From Nostoc sp. (GTDB lineage Bacteria > Cyanobacteriota > Cyanobacteriia > Cyanobacteriales > Nostocaceae): a DNA stretch of 64,000 bases. The notes under the pieces are model-generated. The model was given only the letters and a program-made list of their open reading frames with translations. It was not told the origin of the DNA and searched no databases. Position numbers and translations under genes: made by a program. The stretch spans positions 160,001 to 224,000 of the forward strand of contig JBALDB010000011.1 of the NCBI GenBank assembly GCA_036918135.1. Reading direction: 5' to 3'. This document shows, one piece after another, positions 1 to 9,689 of this stretch (position 1 is the first letter of the stretch; the number at the start of each line of letters is the position of its first letter).

Positions 1-461
1 ACTGCTTTGAGAGCAGATTGCCCAGTTGTGACCACATCTTCTAAAACTACTATCTTTGCACCTTCTGGTAAATTGGGGCCTTCTATATAAGCTCTTGTTC
101 CATACCCCTTGGCTTCTTTGCGAATAATCAGCGCTGGTATCGGTCGATTTTCATAAACCGAAACTACGCTCACTGCTGTAACAATTGGATCGGCACCCAT
201 TGTTAAACCTGCTACAGCTTGCGTATCTTCAGGTAGCAAAGGAAACAATAACCGTCCAACTGCCAAAGCTCCTTGGGGGTGGAGTGTTACCTGCATCTTA
301 TTTACGTAATAAGAACTACGTAGCCCAGAAGCAAGAACAAAATCACCCTCTTGATAAGCCAGTTGAGAAAATAAGTCTAAGAGCTTGTAGCGTAAGTTAG
401 TCAAATCAGGAGTGGTTGCCCAAATATTTGAGTCAGTAAGAGTTTCAGTAGGATACGTCAT
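1..461 (-). CDS. pyrE: Orotate phosphoribosyltransferase (runs off the window edge)
   Basis: Manual translation from ATG at 461: GDFVLASG..SSYY, AGLTMGADP, IRKEAKGYG and the PRPP-binding VVLEDVVTTGQS motif; absent from the ORF track because it is truncated by the edge. Confidence 0.95.
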   Translation of the reverse strand, partial: MTYPTETLTDSNIWATTPDLTNLRYKLLDLFSQLAYQEGDFVLASGLRSSYYVNKMQVTLHPQGALAVGRLLFPLLPEDTQAVAGLTMGADPIVTAVSVVSVYENRPIPALIIRKEAKGYGTRAYIEGPNLPEGAKIVVLEDVVTTGQSALKA

Positions 462-562
462 TACAAAACATTAAAAGTTGTGCTACACCAAAGGTTGAAC
501 CGATCGGAGTTCTGAAATTAAGCATAAATTAAGATTCGCCAAAAATTTGAGGAGTAAGGAAC

Positions 563-979
563 GTGGGTATAAAATTAAAAACCTTTGGTGGTTTATTAAT
601 ACTGCTTGCTGCTGGTATTGGTTTTCCCTCTGTTGTAGCCGCTCAAACACAAACACCCAAGAGTCAAACTACAAATGATGTATTTGAACGGGCATTTTTT
701 CAACACGATCGCAATTTTTATGAAAATGGCAGCCTCAAGCGTCAACTAGACTCATTCTTCGGATCTGGTTCGAGTTTTGGTGGTTCTTTTCCAGAAAATG
801 AAATAGCCCGCGATGCTGAGTTGGTTAATACTTTATATCATGATGTCCTGACTCAGCAAGCAGGCAACGATCCATATATTCGCACTCCTGATTTACCAAA
901 TCCTTATGACACATCGCTAATGATGTCTCCTCGCTTGAATGCCAACAAGCTCAAAGTTGGAACTGAATTCAAGTTTTAA
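563..979 (+). CDS. Hypothetical secreted protein
   Basis: 138-aa ORF, GAGGAG RBS before GTG, Sec-type signal peptide (VVAAQ). Confidence 0.75.
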   Translation: MGIKLKTFGGLLILLAAGIGFPSVVAAQTQTPKSQTTNDVFERAFFQHDRNFYENGSLKRQLDSFFGSGSSFGGSFPENEIARDAELVNTLYHDVLTQQAGNDPYIRTPDLPNPYDTSLMMSPRLNANKLKVGTEFKF

Positions 980-1100
980 ATACCACCTTGATAAGACTGA
1001 GAATGGGGAATCTAGGAAGGATGGAGTAGTAGGGTGAAATTATCTCCCCATCTTCCCATCTCCTGATGCCCCATATCCCTGTATTTTTTTAATAATTTAG

Positions 1101-1173
1101 TGCGCCCTGCTGGAATCGAACCAGCCTGAAGGCGAATTATGAGTTCGCTGCCTCCCCAATCGGCCAAAGGCGC
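1101..1173 (-). tRNA. tRNA with CAU anticodon, most likely tRNA-Ile2 (lysidine type)
   Basis: Reverse complement GCGCCTTTGGCCGATTGGGGAGGCAGCGAACTCATAATTCGCCTTCAGGCTGGTTCGATTCCAGCAGGGCGCA folds as a cloverleaf with GGTTCGATTCC T-arm; anticodon arm GCGAA-CTCATAA-TTCGC resembles cyanobacterial/plastid trnI-CAU; CCA not encoded. Confidence 0.9.
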
Positions 1174-1469
1174 TTATTTTGTTGGGTTTAGAGTTGCTAT
1201 GAGCCAATTACTTAAACCCTGAAGTTAACTTTCTTTGCTAATTTTAGACTGAGGTATACTACCTTTGCCATCTTAATTTCAGCAAACCCTCTGATTTTAG
1301 CACAAATTTCTTGCCTGTGAATACTCGACAATAGTTTCCTAGATTTTTATACTACATAATCTAATCATGAAATAGTGCAAACTAATATTGGTTAAGTTGC
1401 TTTAAGGATTGAGGTGTAAAGCTTGATTCTTCTTAAAAACCAGCATTTTTGTGCGTTAGCTTGTCAGCA

Positions 1470-2171
1470 ATGAAAATAAATTCTACTGTACTTCTTACTT
1501 TGACCTTGTTATTCCTGATGTTGGGAGCAGGTTCTGTAAGCGCGTTTTTGGGGTTTGAATTGGGAAGTTCAGCACTTAAAGGCGTTACTACACCAGATGG
1601 GCGTCCCACAACTAAATTTGCCAGCACTAAAACAAATAATTCCCAACAGGGAGGGATAGCGTTATTAAAAGAGCAAGACATCCTGAAAATTGTTAAGGCG
1701 CGAATTGAGGGCAAGACCAAGGCTGCCAAATCCCAAAAGCTAGAGGAAGATGATGAAGAAACTAATACTAGCAAGCAAAAGCCAGAGGAAAAACCTCCAC
1801 AAGTGGTTGAAGAAAAACCGCAGCCAGGTTTTCCAGTGGTTGCTCAGAGTGAAGGCGTAACCATGTCTGTGCAATCTGCCCGTTACTCTGGTGGGGATTT
1901 GCTCCTGAAAGTAAAAATGCAGAACAAAGGTAAGGATTCTGTGCGCTTCTTGTATAGTTTTTTAGATGTTACCGATGATAAAGGACGAACCTTGAGCGCT
2001 AGTACAGAAGGTTTACCCACAGAATTGCCTGCCAATGGCCCAACATTTTCAGGTACAGTAAGTATTCCCACAGCTTTACTTGATGATGTTAAGAAAATAT
2101 CACTTGCTTTGACTGATTATCCTGCTCAAGAATTAAAACTAGAGGCGTCGAATATTCCTGTAGAAAGGTAG
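1470..2171 (+). CDS. Hypothetical membrane-anchored protein with C-terminal beta-rich domain
   Basis: ORF 1449-2171, likely ATG at 1470; N-terminal TM helix, charged linker, beta-strand-rich C-terminus. Confidence 0.75.
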   Translation: MKINSTVLLTLTLLFLMLGAGSVSAFLGFELGSSALKGVTTPDGRPTTKFASTKTNNSQQGGIALLKEQDILKIVKARIEGKTKAAKSQKLEEDDEETNTSKQKPEEKPPQVVEEKPQPGFPVVAQSEGVTMSVQSARYSGGDLLLKVKMQNKGKDSVRFLYSFLDVTDDKGRTLSASTEGLPTELPANGPTFSGTVSIPTALLDDVKKISLALTDYPAQELKLEASNIPVER

Positions 2172-2180
2172 AAGGGGTGT

Positions 2181-2246
2181 TGGGGACTGAGGACTAGGGA
2201 CTGAGAAATTCTTTTCTACTACCCAATACCCAGTCCCCAGTCCCCT
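2181..2246. repeat. Heptamer short tandem repeats in inverted arrangement (GGGACT / AGTCCCC)
   Basis: ggggactgaggactagggactg ... cccagtccccagtcccc; STRR-like repeats of heterocystous cyanobacteria. Confidence 0.7.
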
Positions 2247-2249
2247 TAA

Positions 2250-3650
2250 ATGGAGGACGTGAATTTTACACGAGCTTTGGCAGTGAGTGGTTTTTCTAAT
2301 TTAATTTGGACAGATGCAGGGCTGCGATTGTTGTCAGTTTTACTGCTGATTGCCATAAATGCCTTTTTTGTGACGGCAGAATTTTCGATGGTGAGCGTGC
2401 GGCGATCGCGTATTCACCAGCTAGTTAAGGCTGGGGATGTGCCAGCGCTTGCAGTAGAAATGCTTCAACGCAGTATTGACCGACTGCTATCTACCACCCA
2501 GTTAGGTATTACTCTCTCTAGTTTGGCTCTGGGATGGATTGGAGAAAGTACAATTGTTGTGCTGGTGAATGCATGGTTAAAATCCTGGCCTCTACCCAGT
2601 GGGATGACTACCTTCATTGCCCATTCTTTATCAATTCCCATCGCCTTTTTCTTAATTGCCTATTTGCAAATTGTTTTAGGAGAATTATGTCCTAAATCAT
2701 TAGCAATGCTGTATTCAGAACAGCTAGCTCGATTTTTAGGGCCTTCGATCAAAGCGATCGTGCGTTTTTTTAGCCCCTTCATTTGGATTCTCAACCAATC
2801 AACTCGTTGCTTATTGCGAATTTTTAGCATCCAATACACAGGTCAAGGCTGGAAGCCGCCTATCACCCCGGAAGAATTACAAGTGATTATCTCTACAGAA
2901 TGGGGGTCTACAGGTTTACAACGTGCAGAGCGAGAACTGCTAAATAATGTTTTTGAGTTTGGAGATGTGATGGCTCATGCTGTAATGATCCCCCGCACCA
3001 GCATTGTGGCGCTGCCAAAAGATGCTACCTTCGAGACATTACTCAAGGAAATGGCTACTACTGGTTACTCTCGCTATCCCGTCATTGGTGGGTCTTTGGA
3101 CGATGTTCGCGGCATTGTTTATTTTAAAGATTTGGCACAACCTTTAGCTGTAGGAAAGCTAACTTTAGAGACACAGATCCAACCTTGGATGCGTCCCGCT
3201 CGGTTTGTTCCAGAACACACGCCCTTGAGTGAACTATTGCCGATGATGCAGCAAGAGAAACCAGCTATGGTCATGGTAGTCAATGAATTTGGCGGTACTG
3301 TAGGACTGGTGACCATCAAAGATGTGATTGCCGAAATCATTGGCGACGCTAGCGAACCTGAAAACAACGACGATTTGCTAATTCAAATGTTGGATGAGCA
3401 GAAATTTTTGGTGCAAGCACAAATCAACCTCGAAGACCTCAACGAGGTTTTAGATCTCGATTTACCCTTGACAAGAGAATACCAAACACTGGGAGGTTTT
3501 TTGCTGTATCAATTACAGAAAATTCCTGTCAAAGGTGAAACCTTTTATTATCAAAATCTCGAATTCACTGTGATGTCAGTTATTGGGCCACGGCTGCATC
3601 AAATTCAACTGCGACGTTTAGAAGAGTTAGGAGTTAGGAATAACTCATAA
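2250..3650 (+). CDS. Hemolysin/CorC-CNNM family protein (DUF21 + CBS pair + CorC_HlyC)
   Basis: NAFFVTAEFS, QLGITLSSLALG, GELCPK, MIPRT, YSRYPV, VNEFGGTVG, TLGGF motifs. Confidence 0.92.
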   Translation: MEDVNFTRALAVSGFSNLIWTDAGLRLLSVLLLIAINAFFVTAEFSMVSVRRSRIHQLVKAGDVPALAVEMLQRSIDRLLSTTQLGITLSSLALGWIGESTIVVLVNAWLKSWPLPSGMTTFIAHSLSIPIAFFLIAYLQIVLGELCPKSLAMLYSEQLARFLGPSIKAIVRFFSPFIWILNQSTRCLLRIFSIQYTGQGWKPPITPEELQVIISTEWGSTGLQRAERELLNNVFEFGDVMAHAVMIPRTSIVALPKDATFETLLKEMATTGYSRYPVIGGSLDDVRGIVYFKDLAQPLAVGKLTLETQIQPWMRPARFVPEHTPLSELLPMMQQEKPAMVMVVNEFGGTVGLVTIKDVIAEIIGDASEPENNDDLLIQMLDEQKFLVQAQINLEDLNEVLDLDLPLTREYQTLGGFLLYQLQKIPVKGETFYYQNLEFTVMSVIGPRLHQIQLRRLEELGVRNNS

Positions 3651-3651
3651 C

Positions 3652-4332
3652 TCAAGAAGCATACGTTAGCGGATCGACGAGTCCCAATTCGGCAAAAGCT
3701 GCTAGCCGCAAACGACAAGAATCACACACACCGCAGGCGACATCACCACCAGCATAGCAAGACCAAGTTAGTTCCCAAGGAACTCCCAATTGGTTACCTA
3801 GTTGAATGATTTCAGTTTTTTTTAGATTAATCAGGGGTGGAACAATCTCAATTGGTTGTCCCTCACGTCCTTGTTTAGTTCCCAGCCGAAAAACTTCTTG
3901 CATGGCTTGGATATAATCGGGGCGACAGTCAGGATATCCTGAGTAATCTAAGGCATTGACGCCGATATAGACACGCTCAGCTGCGATCGCTTCGGCGTAA
4001 CTCAGGGCAAAGCTTAAAAATATTGTATTACGAGCCGGAACATAAGTAACAGGAATATTTTGAGCCATTTGATCCAGGGTACGCTCCTGAGGTAAATCAA
4101 TAGTATCGTCTGTAAGTGCCGAACCACCCCATTGTCGTAAATCAAAATTAACCACCTGATGTTTTACGATCCCAGCTTTTTGAGCAATCAGGACGGCTGA
4201 GTGTAACTCTCGTCGGTGTCGCTGCCGATAATCAAAAGAAATAGCATAACATTCACAACCATCTTCTATCTTCGCTTTGTACAAAATTGTGGAAGAGTCC
4301 AATCCCCCAGATAACAAAATTACGGCTTTCAT
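3652..4332 (-). CDS. queC: 7-cyano-7-deazaguanine synthase
   Basis: LLSGGLDS, YVPARNTIF, GYPDCRP, TWSCY..CGVCDSC. Confidence 0.97.
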   Translation of the reverse strand: MKAVILLSGGLDSSTILYKAKIEDGCECYAISFDYRQRHRRELHSAVLIAQKAGIVKHQVVNFDLRQWGGSALTDDTIDLPQERTLDQMAQNIPVTYVPARNTIFLSFALSYAEAIAAERVYIGVNALDYSGYPDCRPDYIQAMQEVFRLGTKQGREGQPIEIVPPLINLKKTEIIQLGNQLGVPWELTWSCYAGGDVACGVCDSCRLRLAAFAELGLVDPLTYAS

Positions 4333-4494
4333 ATCGCTTGTAAATTTTGGATTTCAAATTGCCAAAGACACTCTTAACTTCTGTGAGTGATTGGGAACAC
4401 CTTTGCACCCTAGATATTCCAACAAACAATCCATACCAGTTTCTCTTAAAAAGCGGTGTGATGTCTTCTCTTGTGTGCTAGAGACTACACCAAT

Positions 4495-4530
4495 GAGACG
4501 CTCTTGCTAGCTTACTTCTTTGCAGGAGTA
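4495..4530. repeat. Small dispersed repeat, related to the copy at 31692-31748
   Basis: GAGACGCTCTTGCTAGCTTACTTCT...AGGAGTA; first 24 nt match 31692-31715 at 23 positions. Confidence 0.7.
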
Positions 4531-5034
4531 TGACAAGACACGAACTGTCTACGATAGATGCTGCAAATAATCATCCAAAAATCGTTTCCGGTAATCAGTG
4601 GTAGTAATTCTCAATACCATTTTTTATCAAAAAAAGCATAAGTATTACTCGTCTATTATTTTGTAATTTTAATACTCTCAATTGGATATCGAGCTACTAA
4701 TTAATTGTCTAACTGCAACCTTAAGGAAAATCCAAGCACAAGAAACTGACCCTTAGAATTTTCCAGAATTTATACTTAATTCTTACCGAATATTCTAAAG
4801 TTAATAAAAAGACACACATTTTTTTCTATAAAATGCAAAATGCAAACCAAAGCCGAAGTATCCATACAAAAGATAGCTGGATTACGGGAACCGATCGCAA
4901 ACTTTGAAATTCTTCATAAACATAGCCTCTATGTTACCATCTGGATGGTTTTAGACGGATCGTAACTGGCTTTTTTTGTATAAACGCCAACGGCCGTAGC
5001 GTCTCTAAATTTGGTGGTTGAGGAGAGAATAATA

Positions 5035-6117
5035 GTGCAAAATAGCATGTCACTGGCAGAACCGAATCCATATACACAGCGCAACCAGCCACGACCAATC
5101 CGCATAGGCGTGATTGGGGTGGGTAACATGGGACAACACCACGCTCGCGTCTTGAGTTCAATGAAAGATGTTGAACTAGTCGGCGTGGCAGATATTAACG
5201 TCGAACGAGGGTTAGAAACTGCCAGCAAGTACAAAGTGCGTTTTTTTGAAGACTACTGTGACTTGCTACCCCTGGTGGAAGCAGTTTGTATTGCTGTTCC
5301 CACCCGTTTGCATTACGCCGTGGGCATTAGCTGTTTGTTAGCGGGAATTCATGTTTTAATTGAAAAACCGATCGCAGCCAGTATTTCTGAAGCAGAATCC
5401 CTAGTAAATGCTGCTGCTGAGTCTCAATGTATCCTCCAAGTAGGTCATATCGAGCGCTTCAATCCAGCATTTAGGGAACTTAGCCAAGTGCTAAAAACAG
5501 AAGAATTACTGGCATTAGAAGCCCACCGCATGAGTCCTTACTCAGATCGAGCAAACGATGTTTCGGTTGTCCTGGATTTAATGATTCATGACATTGATTT
5601 ACTTCTAGAATTAGCAGCTTCCCCAGTGACCAAACTGACCGCTAGCGGTAGCCGTGCCCTAGATTCCGGTTATTTAGATTACGTAACTGCCACTTTGGGC
5701 TTTGCTAATGGTATAGTCGCTACCCTTACTGCCAGTAAAGTCACTCACCGCAAAATTCGCCGGATTGTTGCCCACTGCAAAAATTCATTTACTGAGGCAG
5801 ATTTTCTCAAGAATGAAATTTTGATCCACCGACAAACAAATCCTAACTCTCTTACCGACCATCGACAACTACTTTACAGGCAGGATGGCGTGATTGAAAA
5901 AGTCTACACTAGCAATGTTCAACCTCTGAGTGCAGAATTAGAACATTTTGTCAACTGCGTACACGGTGGCAATCAACCCTCAGTAGGTGGCGAACAAGCT
6001 CTCAAAGCCTTGAGATTGGCCAGTTTAATTGAGCAGATGGCACTGGAAGAAAGAGTTTGGAATCCTTTAGACTGGCAATCGGAACCAAGAGTACAATCAT
6101 TGACGCCGACAGTCTAG
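5035..6117 (+). CDS. Gfo/Idh/MocA family oxidoreductase
   Basis: GVIGVGNMG Rossmann motif, EKPI, GHIERFNP, DLMIHDID; AGGAG RBS suggests GTG start at 5035. Confidence 0.92.
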   Translation: MQNSMSLAEPNPYTQRNQPRPIRIGVIGVGNMGQHHARVLSSMKDVELVGVADINVERGLETASKYKVRFFEDYCDLLPLVEAVCIAVPTRLHYAVGISCLLAGIHVLIEKPIAASISEAESLVNAAAESQCILQVGHIERFNPAFRELSQVLKTEELLALEAHRMSPYSDRANDVSVVLDLMIHDIDLLLELAASPVTKLTASGSRALDSGYLDYVTATLGFANGIVATLTASKVTHRKIRRIVAHCKNSFTEADFLKNEILIHRQTNPNSLTDHRQLLYRQDGVIEKVYTSNVQPLSAELEHFVNCVHGGNQPSVGGEQALKALRLASLIEQMALEERVWNPLDWQSEPRVQSLTPTV

Positions 6118-6691
6118 AACCAGAGGAGCTTCAGGTGCTTCCGGGGCAGGATAAAAGAGGAGCAGCGAAGCACAGAAGTACAGGGCAGGGAGGCTTCAGG
6201 GGAGAATAAACTCTTAACTCCTCATCAGAGCAAAGCTTTCCTGGCTTTGCTCCTAACTCAGCACTCCTAATGTCCCAATACCTAATTTTCAGAACAGAAC
6301 CCTAAAGTATATTTTTAAATTTGTCATAAAATCTTTCGATCCTCCCTAGCCCTTTTAAAAAGCAAGCTAAAGAGGATCTAATTAATTAGAAAACAAAACC
6401 TAGCTTCTATATCTCTAATTCTGTTATTAGTTGCAAGACTAATTTTTAGTGTAACTGAGTTATGTTGACTCTAATGAGGACAGATAGTTACAGCAGTTTG
6501 CCAGTAAGTAGGTAAGTGCGGTACAAAACCCAAAACTCAAAATTAAATATACAGAGTTTTGTGGCTTTTGCCTCCTGGCTCAAAACCTCTAACATTGTAC
6601 TTCATACTAAACAAAATTGCTCTAAATTTTGAGAAAGCTAATGTTGAATTTAGTAAAAAAATAAGTACAGTAATTTTTAGGGATCGACTCA

Positions 6692-7315
6692 ATGCTTGAA
6701 TGGATAACTAATACTATCAACTCTTTGGGCTATTGGGGAATCGCCCTACTGATGTTTCTAGAAAACCTCTTTCCCCCTATTCCTTCAGAATTGATTATGC
6801 CACTGGCTGGATTTACGGCAAGTCCATATCAACCAGGAGGGGCAAAGCTCAATTTGATTGGTGTGTTTTTTGCAGGACTTTTGGGTTCTGTATTAGGGGC
6901 ACTTATTTGGTACTATCCAGGTAAGTTTTTGGGCGAAAAGCGTTTGAAAGCTTGGGCTGACAAATATGGGAAATGGCTGGCTATATCTAGTAAAGATATT
7001 ACTAAGGCTAAAAGCTGGTTTGACCGACAAGGTAGCAAAGCAGTATTGATTGGTCGTCTTGTACCAGGAATCCGTACTTTGATTTCTGTTCCGGCAGGAA
7101 TCGGCAATATGCACTTGTTGCCATTTGTGTTTTATACAACCTTAGGTAGCGCAGCTTGGGTGGGTTTGCTAACATACTCAGGATATATATTGGGTAGTCA
7201 GTATGAACTTGTGGATAAGTATCTTGCTCCTGTGTCCAAAATTGTGCTTGGGGGTTTGGTTTTAGCATTTGTTTTCTGGATATTCAAGCAGCAACTCAGG
7301 CGCACCAGAAGATAA
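6692..7315 (+). CDS. DedA family membrane protein
   Basis: LENLFPPIPSELIMPLAG and GRLVPGIRTLISVPAG motifs. Confidence 0.95.
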   Translation: MLEWITNTINSLGYWGIALLMFLENLFPPIPSELIMPLAGFTASPYQPGGAKLNLIGVFFAGLLGSVLGALIWYYPGKFLGEKRLKAWADKYGKWLAISSKDITKAKSWFDRQGSKAVLIGRLVPGIRTLISVPAGIGNMHLLPFVFYTTLGSAAWVGLLTYSGYILGSQYELVDKYLAPVSKIVLGGLVLAFVFWIFKQQLRRTRR

Positions 7316-7532
7316 ACAGAGGTACTTTTGGTTTGAAAGCAGTGAAAGCAGGGGTTACATCTGGCCAAAATTCGCCTACACTATGCCAAATAATACTAGA
7401 TGTGCAATTGCCAGAATTAATTTTTGGCGTATTTCTAGCTACACTTGACGCAACCTAGAATTTCTGGTTGCTCGCATTTTTGTAAGATGAGCATGACAAC
7501 TTTTTACAGTTAAGTTAGAACTAGGAGCTTTC

Positions 7533-8681
7533 ATGACAGACCAACCTTCCGCCGCCACCCCCATTAATGCCGCTGCCATACCCATGAATAGAGTATCGGC
7601 ATCGACTCCCATAAATGCTGTTAATCCTGCAAAGCCAGCGACAACTTCAGGCAAAACCATTCTCAGTGTTGATTTAGGTAGAACTTCTACAAAGACTTGT
7701 GTGAGTCGCGAACCCGGTAGTGTAGTGTTTGTACCTGCCAACGTCAAGCAGATGTCAATAGAACAGGTACGCGGTGGTGTATTTGAAGCCCGCGCTACTG
7801 ACCCTTTGATGGATTTGTGGCTGGAATATCAAGGCAATGGATATGCTGTAGGTCAGTTAGCAGCAGATTTTGGAGCGAATTTAGGAGTAGGGCAATCTAA
7901 GGTAGAGGCTGCACTGATAAAAGTGCTAGCAAGTGCTGGCTACTTCAAACTCAAAGACGATATTTCAGTTGTCTTGGGTCTGCCTTTTCTTTCTTTAGAG
8001 CAATTTGAAAAGGAAAAAGCACAGTTAATCAGCCAAGTAGGTGGCCCTCATGTGTTAAACTTCCGAGGCGAATCTGTGTCCTTGAACGTCAATAAGGTTT
8101 GGGTGATGCCAGAAGGCTACGGCAGCTTACTATGGTCTGAAGCTCAACCGAAGAAAAGCCCCGGCAGTCCCGATTTTACAAAAATATCGGTAGCGATCGT
8201 TGATATCGGGCATCAAACTGTCGATCTTTTGATGGTAGATAACTTCCGCTTTGCCAGAGGTGCTTCTAAGAGTGAAGACTTCGGGATGAATAAGTTTTAT
8301 GAATTGGTGGCTGCCGAAATTGAGGGAGCGGATAGTCAATCTCTAGCCTTAATTTCTGCTGTTAACAAACCCAAGGGCGAACGCTTTTACCGTCCAAAAG
8401 GCGCTAGCAAGCCAACCAACCTAGACGATTTTCTGCCGAATCTCACAGAAATGTTTTCCCGGGAAATTTGCAGCCGTGTGCTAGCCTGGTTGCCAGAACG
8501 CGTCACCGATGTGATTCTCACTGGTGGGGGCGGTGAATTTTTCTGGGAAGATGTTCAACGTCTGCTCAAAGAAGCAAAGATTAATGCTCATTTATCTGCA
8601 CCTTCCCGGCAGGCGAATGCTTTAGGGCAGTATATTTATGGAGAGGCGCAATTGTCCGCCGTTCGCGCTGCTAGGGCTTAA
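7533..8681 (+). CDS. ParM/StbA-family actin-like ATPase, chromosomal (probable CorM)
   Basis: Actin-fold motifs VDLGRTSTK, VMPEGYG, VDIGHQTVD, LTGGGG, ANALG; AGGAG RBS; about 40-aa low-complexity N-terminal extension. Confidence 0.9.
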   Translation: MTDQPSAATPINAAAIPMNRVSASTPINAVNPAKPATTSGKTILSVDLGRTSTKTCVSREPGSVVFVPANVKQMSIEQVRGGVFEARATDPLMDLWLEYQGNGYAVGQLAADFGANLGVGQSKVEAALIKVLASAGYFKLKDDISVVLGLPFLSLEQFEKEKAQLISQVGGPHVLNFRGESVSLNVNKVWVMPEGYGSLLWSEAQPKKSPGSPDFTKISVAIVDIGHQTVDLLMVDNFRFARGASKSEDFGMNKFYELVAAEIEGADSQSLALISAVNKPKGERFYRPKGASKPTNLDDFLPNLTEMFSREICSRVLAWLPERVTDVILTGGGGEFFWEDVQRLLKEAKINAHLSAPSRQANALGQYIYGEAQLSAVRAARA

Positions 8682-8686
8682 AACTA

Positions 8687-9166
8687 ATGTTCCAATGGTC
8701 AAAAAAGGTAGTTAAATCCGTCACGTTCAACCCAGGGCTTGCTGATGAAAGCTTATTAGCACAAGTGGAAAGTTATTTGGAGAAACAACCCGACAAAACT
8801 TTCAGTGACCTATGTAAAGAAGCCCTGTGGCAATCCTTGTGTGTACCGGAATCTGTACGACCTGCTCCAAAAACAGCAGCAACAACACCGATTGAACAAC
8901 AAATCGGGGAGCTGCAACGTCAAGTAGCTGGCCTTGAGGAACGTTTTTTTGTCAAGGGATCTAATCGTTTGGAGGCGATGGAACACCACCTACTACAACT
9001 TTCTCAACAAGTTGCACAACTGGCACTCATAGTCAATGAGCGATCGCTAATTCAGTCTCCAACTCCAGTAGAAGTAGTAAATAATACTTCTTATACTGTT
9101 CCTGCCCCTCCTCAAGAGGTTGACCCTGTAATCAGTCGCCTTAGTCAGTTTCTCGACGATTTTTAA
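8687..9166 (+). CDS. ParR-like ribbon-helix-helix/coiled-coil adaptor (probable CorR)
   Basis: 5 bp after parM; KSVTF strand plus two helices (RHH-like), central coiled coil, C-terminal amphipathic helix DPVISRLSQFLDDF. Confidence 0.75.
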   Translation: MFQWSKKVVKSVTFNPGLADESLLAQVESYLEKQPDKTFSDLCKEALWQSLCVPESVRPAPKTAATTPIEQQIGELQRQVAGLEERFFVKGSNRLEAMEHHLLQLSQQVAQLALIVNERSLIQSPTPVEVVNNTSYTVPAPPQEVDPVISRLSQFLDDF

Positions 9167-9205
9167 GAAAAAATCAAGTTTTTGAGCAGTTTTTGCTCCT
9201 GTCAT

Positions 9206-9237
9206 TAATCCTTAATAGTAAAGACTATTAAGGATTA
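9206..9237. terminator. Perfect 14-bp hairpin after the parM-parR pair
   Basis: TAATCCTTAATAGT-AAAG-ACTATTAAGGATTA. Confidence 0.6.
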
Positions 9238-9689
9238 TTAATATTTATTCATATATTTTAAAAATTAGATTTATAGCAGAAAGCCGCTTTGGGTTTTTGC
9301 AATTAATTAAGTTTAGTAAAAAAGCGATCGCACATACATTTTTTGTGGGCGATCGGCACCTTAGGTGAAATAGCAACAAGCCTCTAGCCTACCCAAAGGA
9401 AGGTGCTGGGATGAATTGCGCGTGAGTTGACGACAGTCCTCTCACCAATGTGCAATAGTAGATAGCTCAGAACAGGCTAAAGAGTGACTTAAGGAGTATA
9501 AAAAGCAGAAAAAATATTACTCAGGTAAGAAAAAACCTATACCTTTAAAAACTATTATCAACAGTAACTGTATTAAGTCATGATTATTAAGTTGAAAATG
9601 ACTGAGTAGACAATTGGCGATCGCTTGTTGAAATTCAGTCACACAGCGGACTTAGTATTTTGGGATGATATCTAGTAGGTAATATAAAA

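Noticed and set aside
185..400. 71-aa plus-strand ORF
   Set aside because: Antisense shadow of pyrE
1101..1173. tRNA as an integration site or as tRNA-Met
   Set aside because: No integrase or duplicated 3' end seen in the window; sequence fits Ile2 better than Met
7360..7470. GCCAAA-like short repeats and two imperfect palindromes upstream of parM as a parC centromere
   Set aside because: Few, irregularly spaced and degenerate; unlike the regular iteron arrays of parC, though an operator is not excluded
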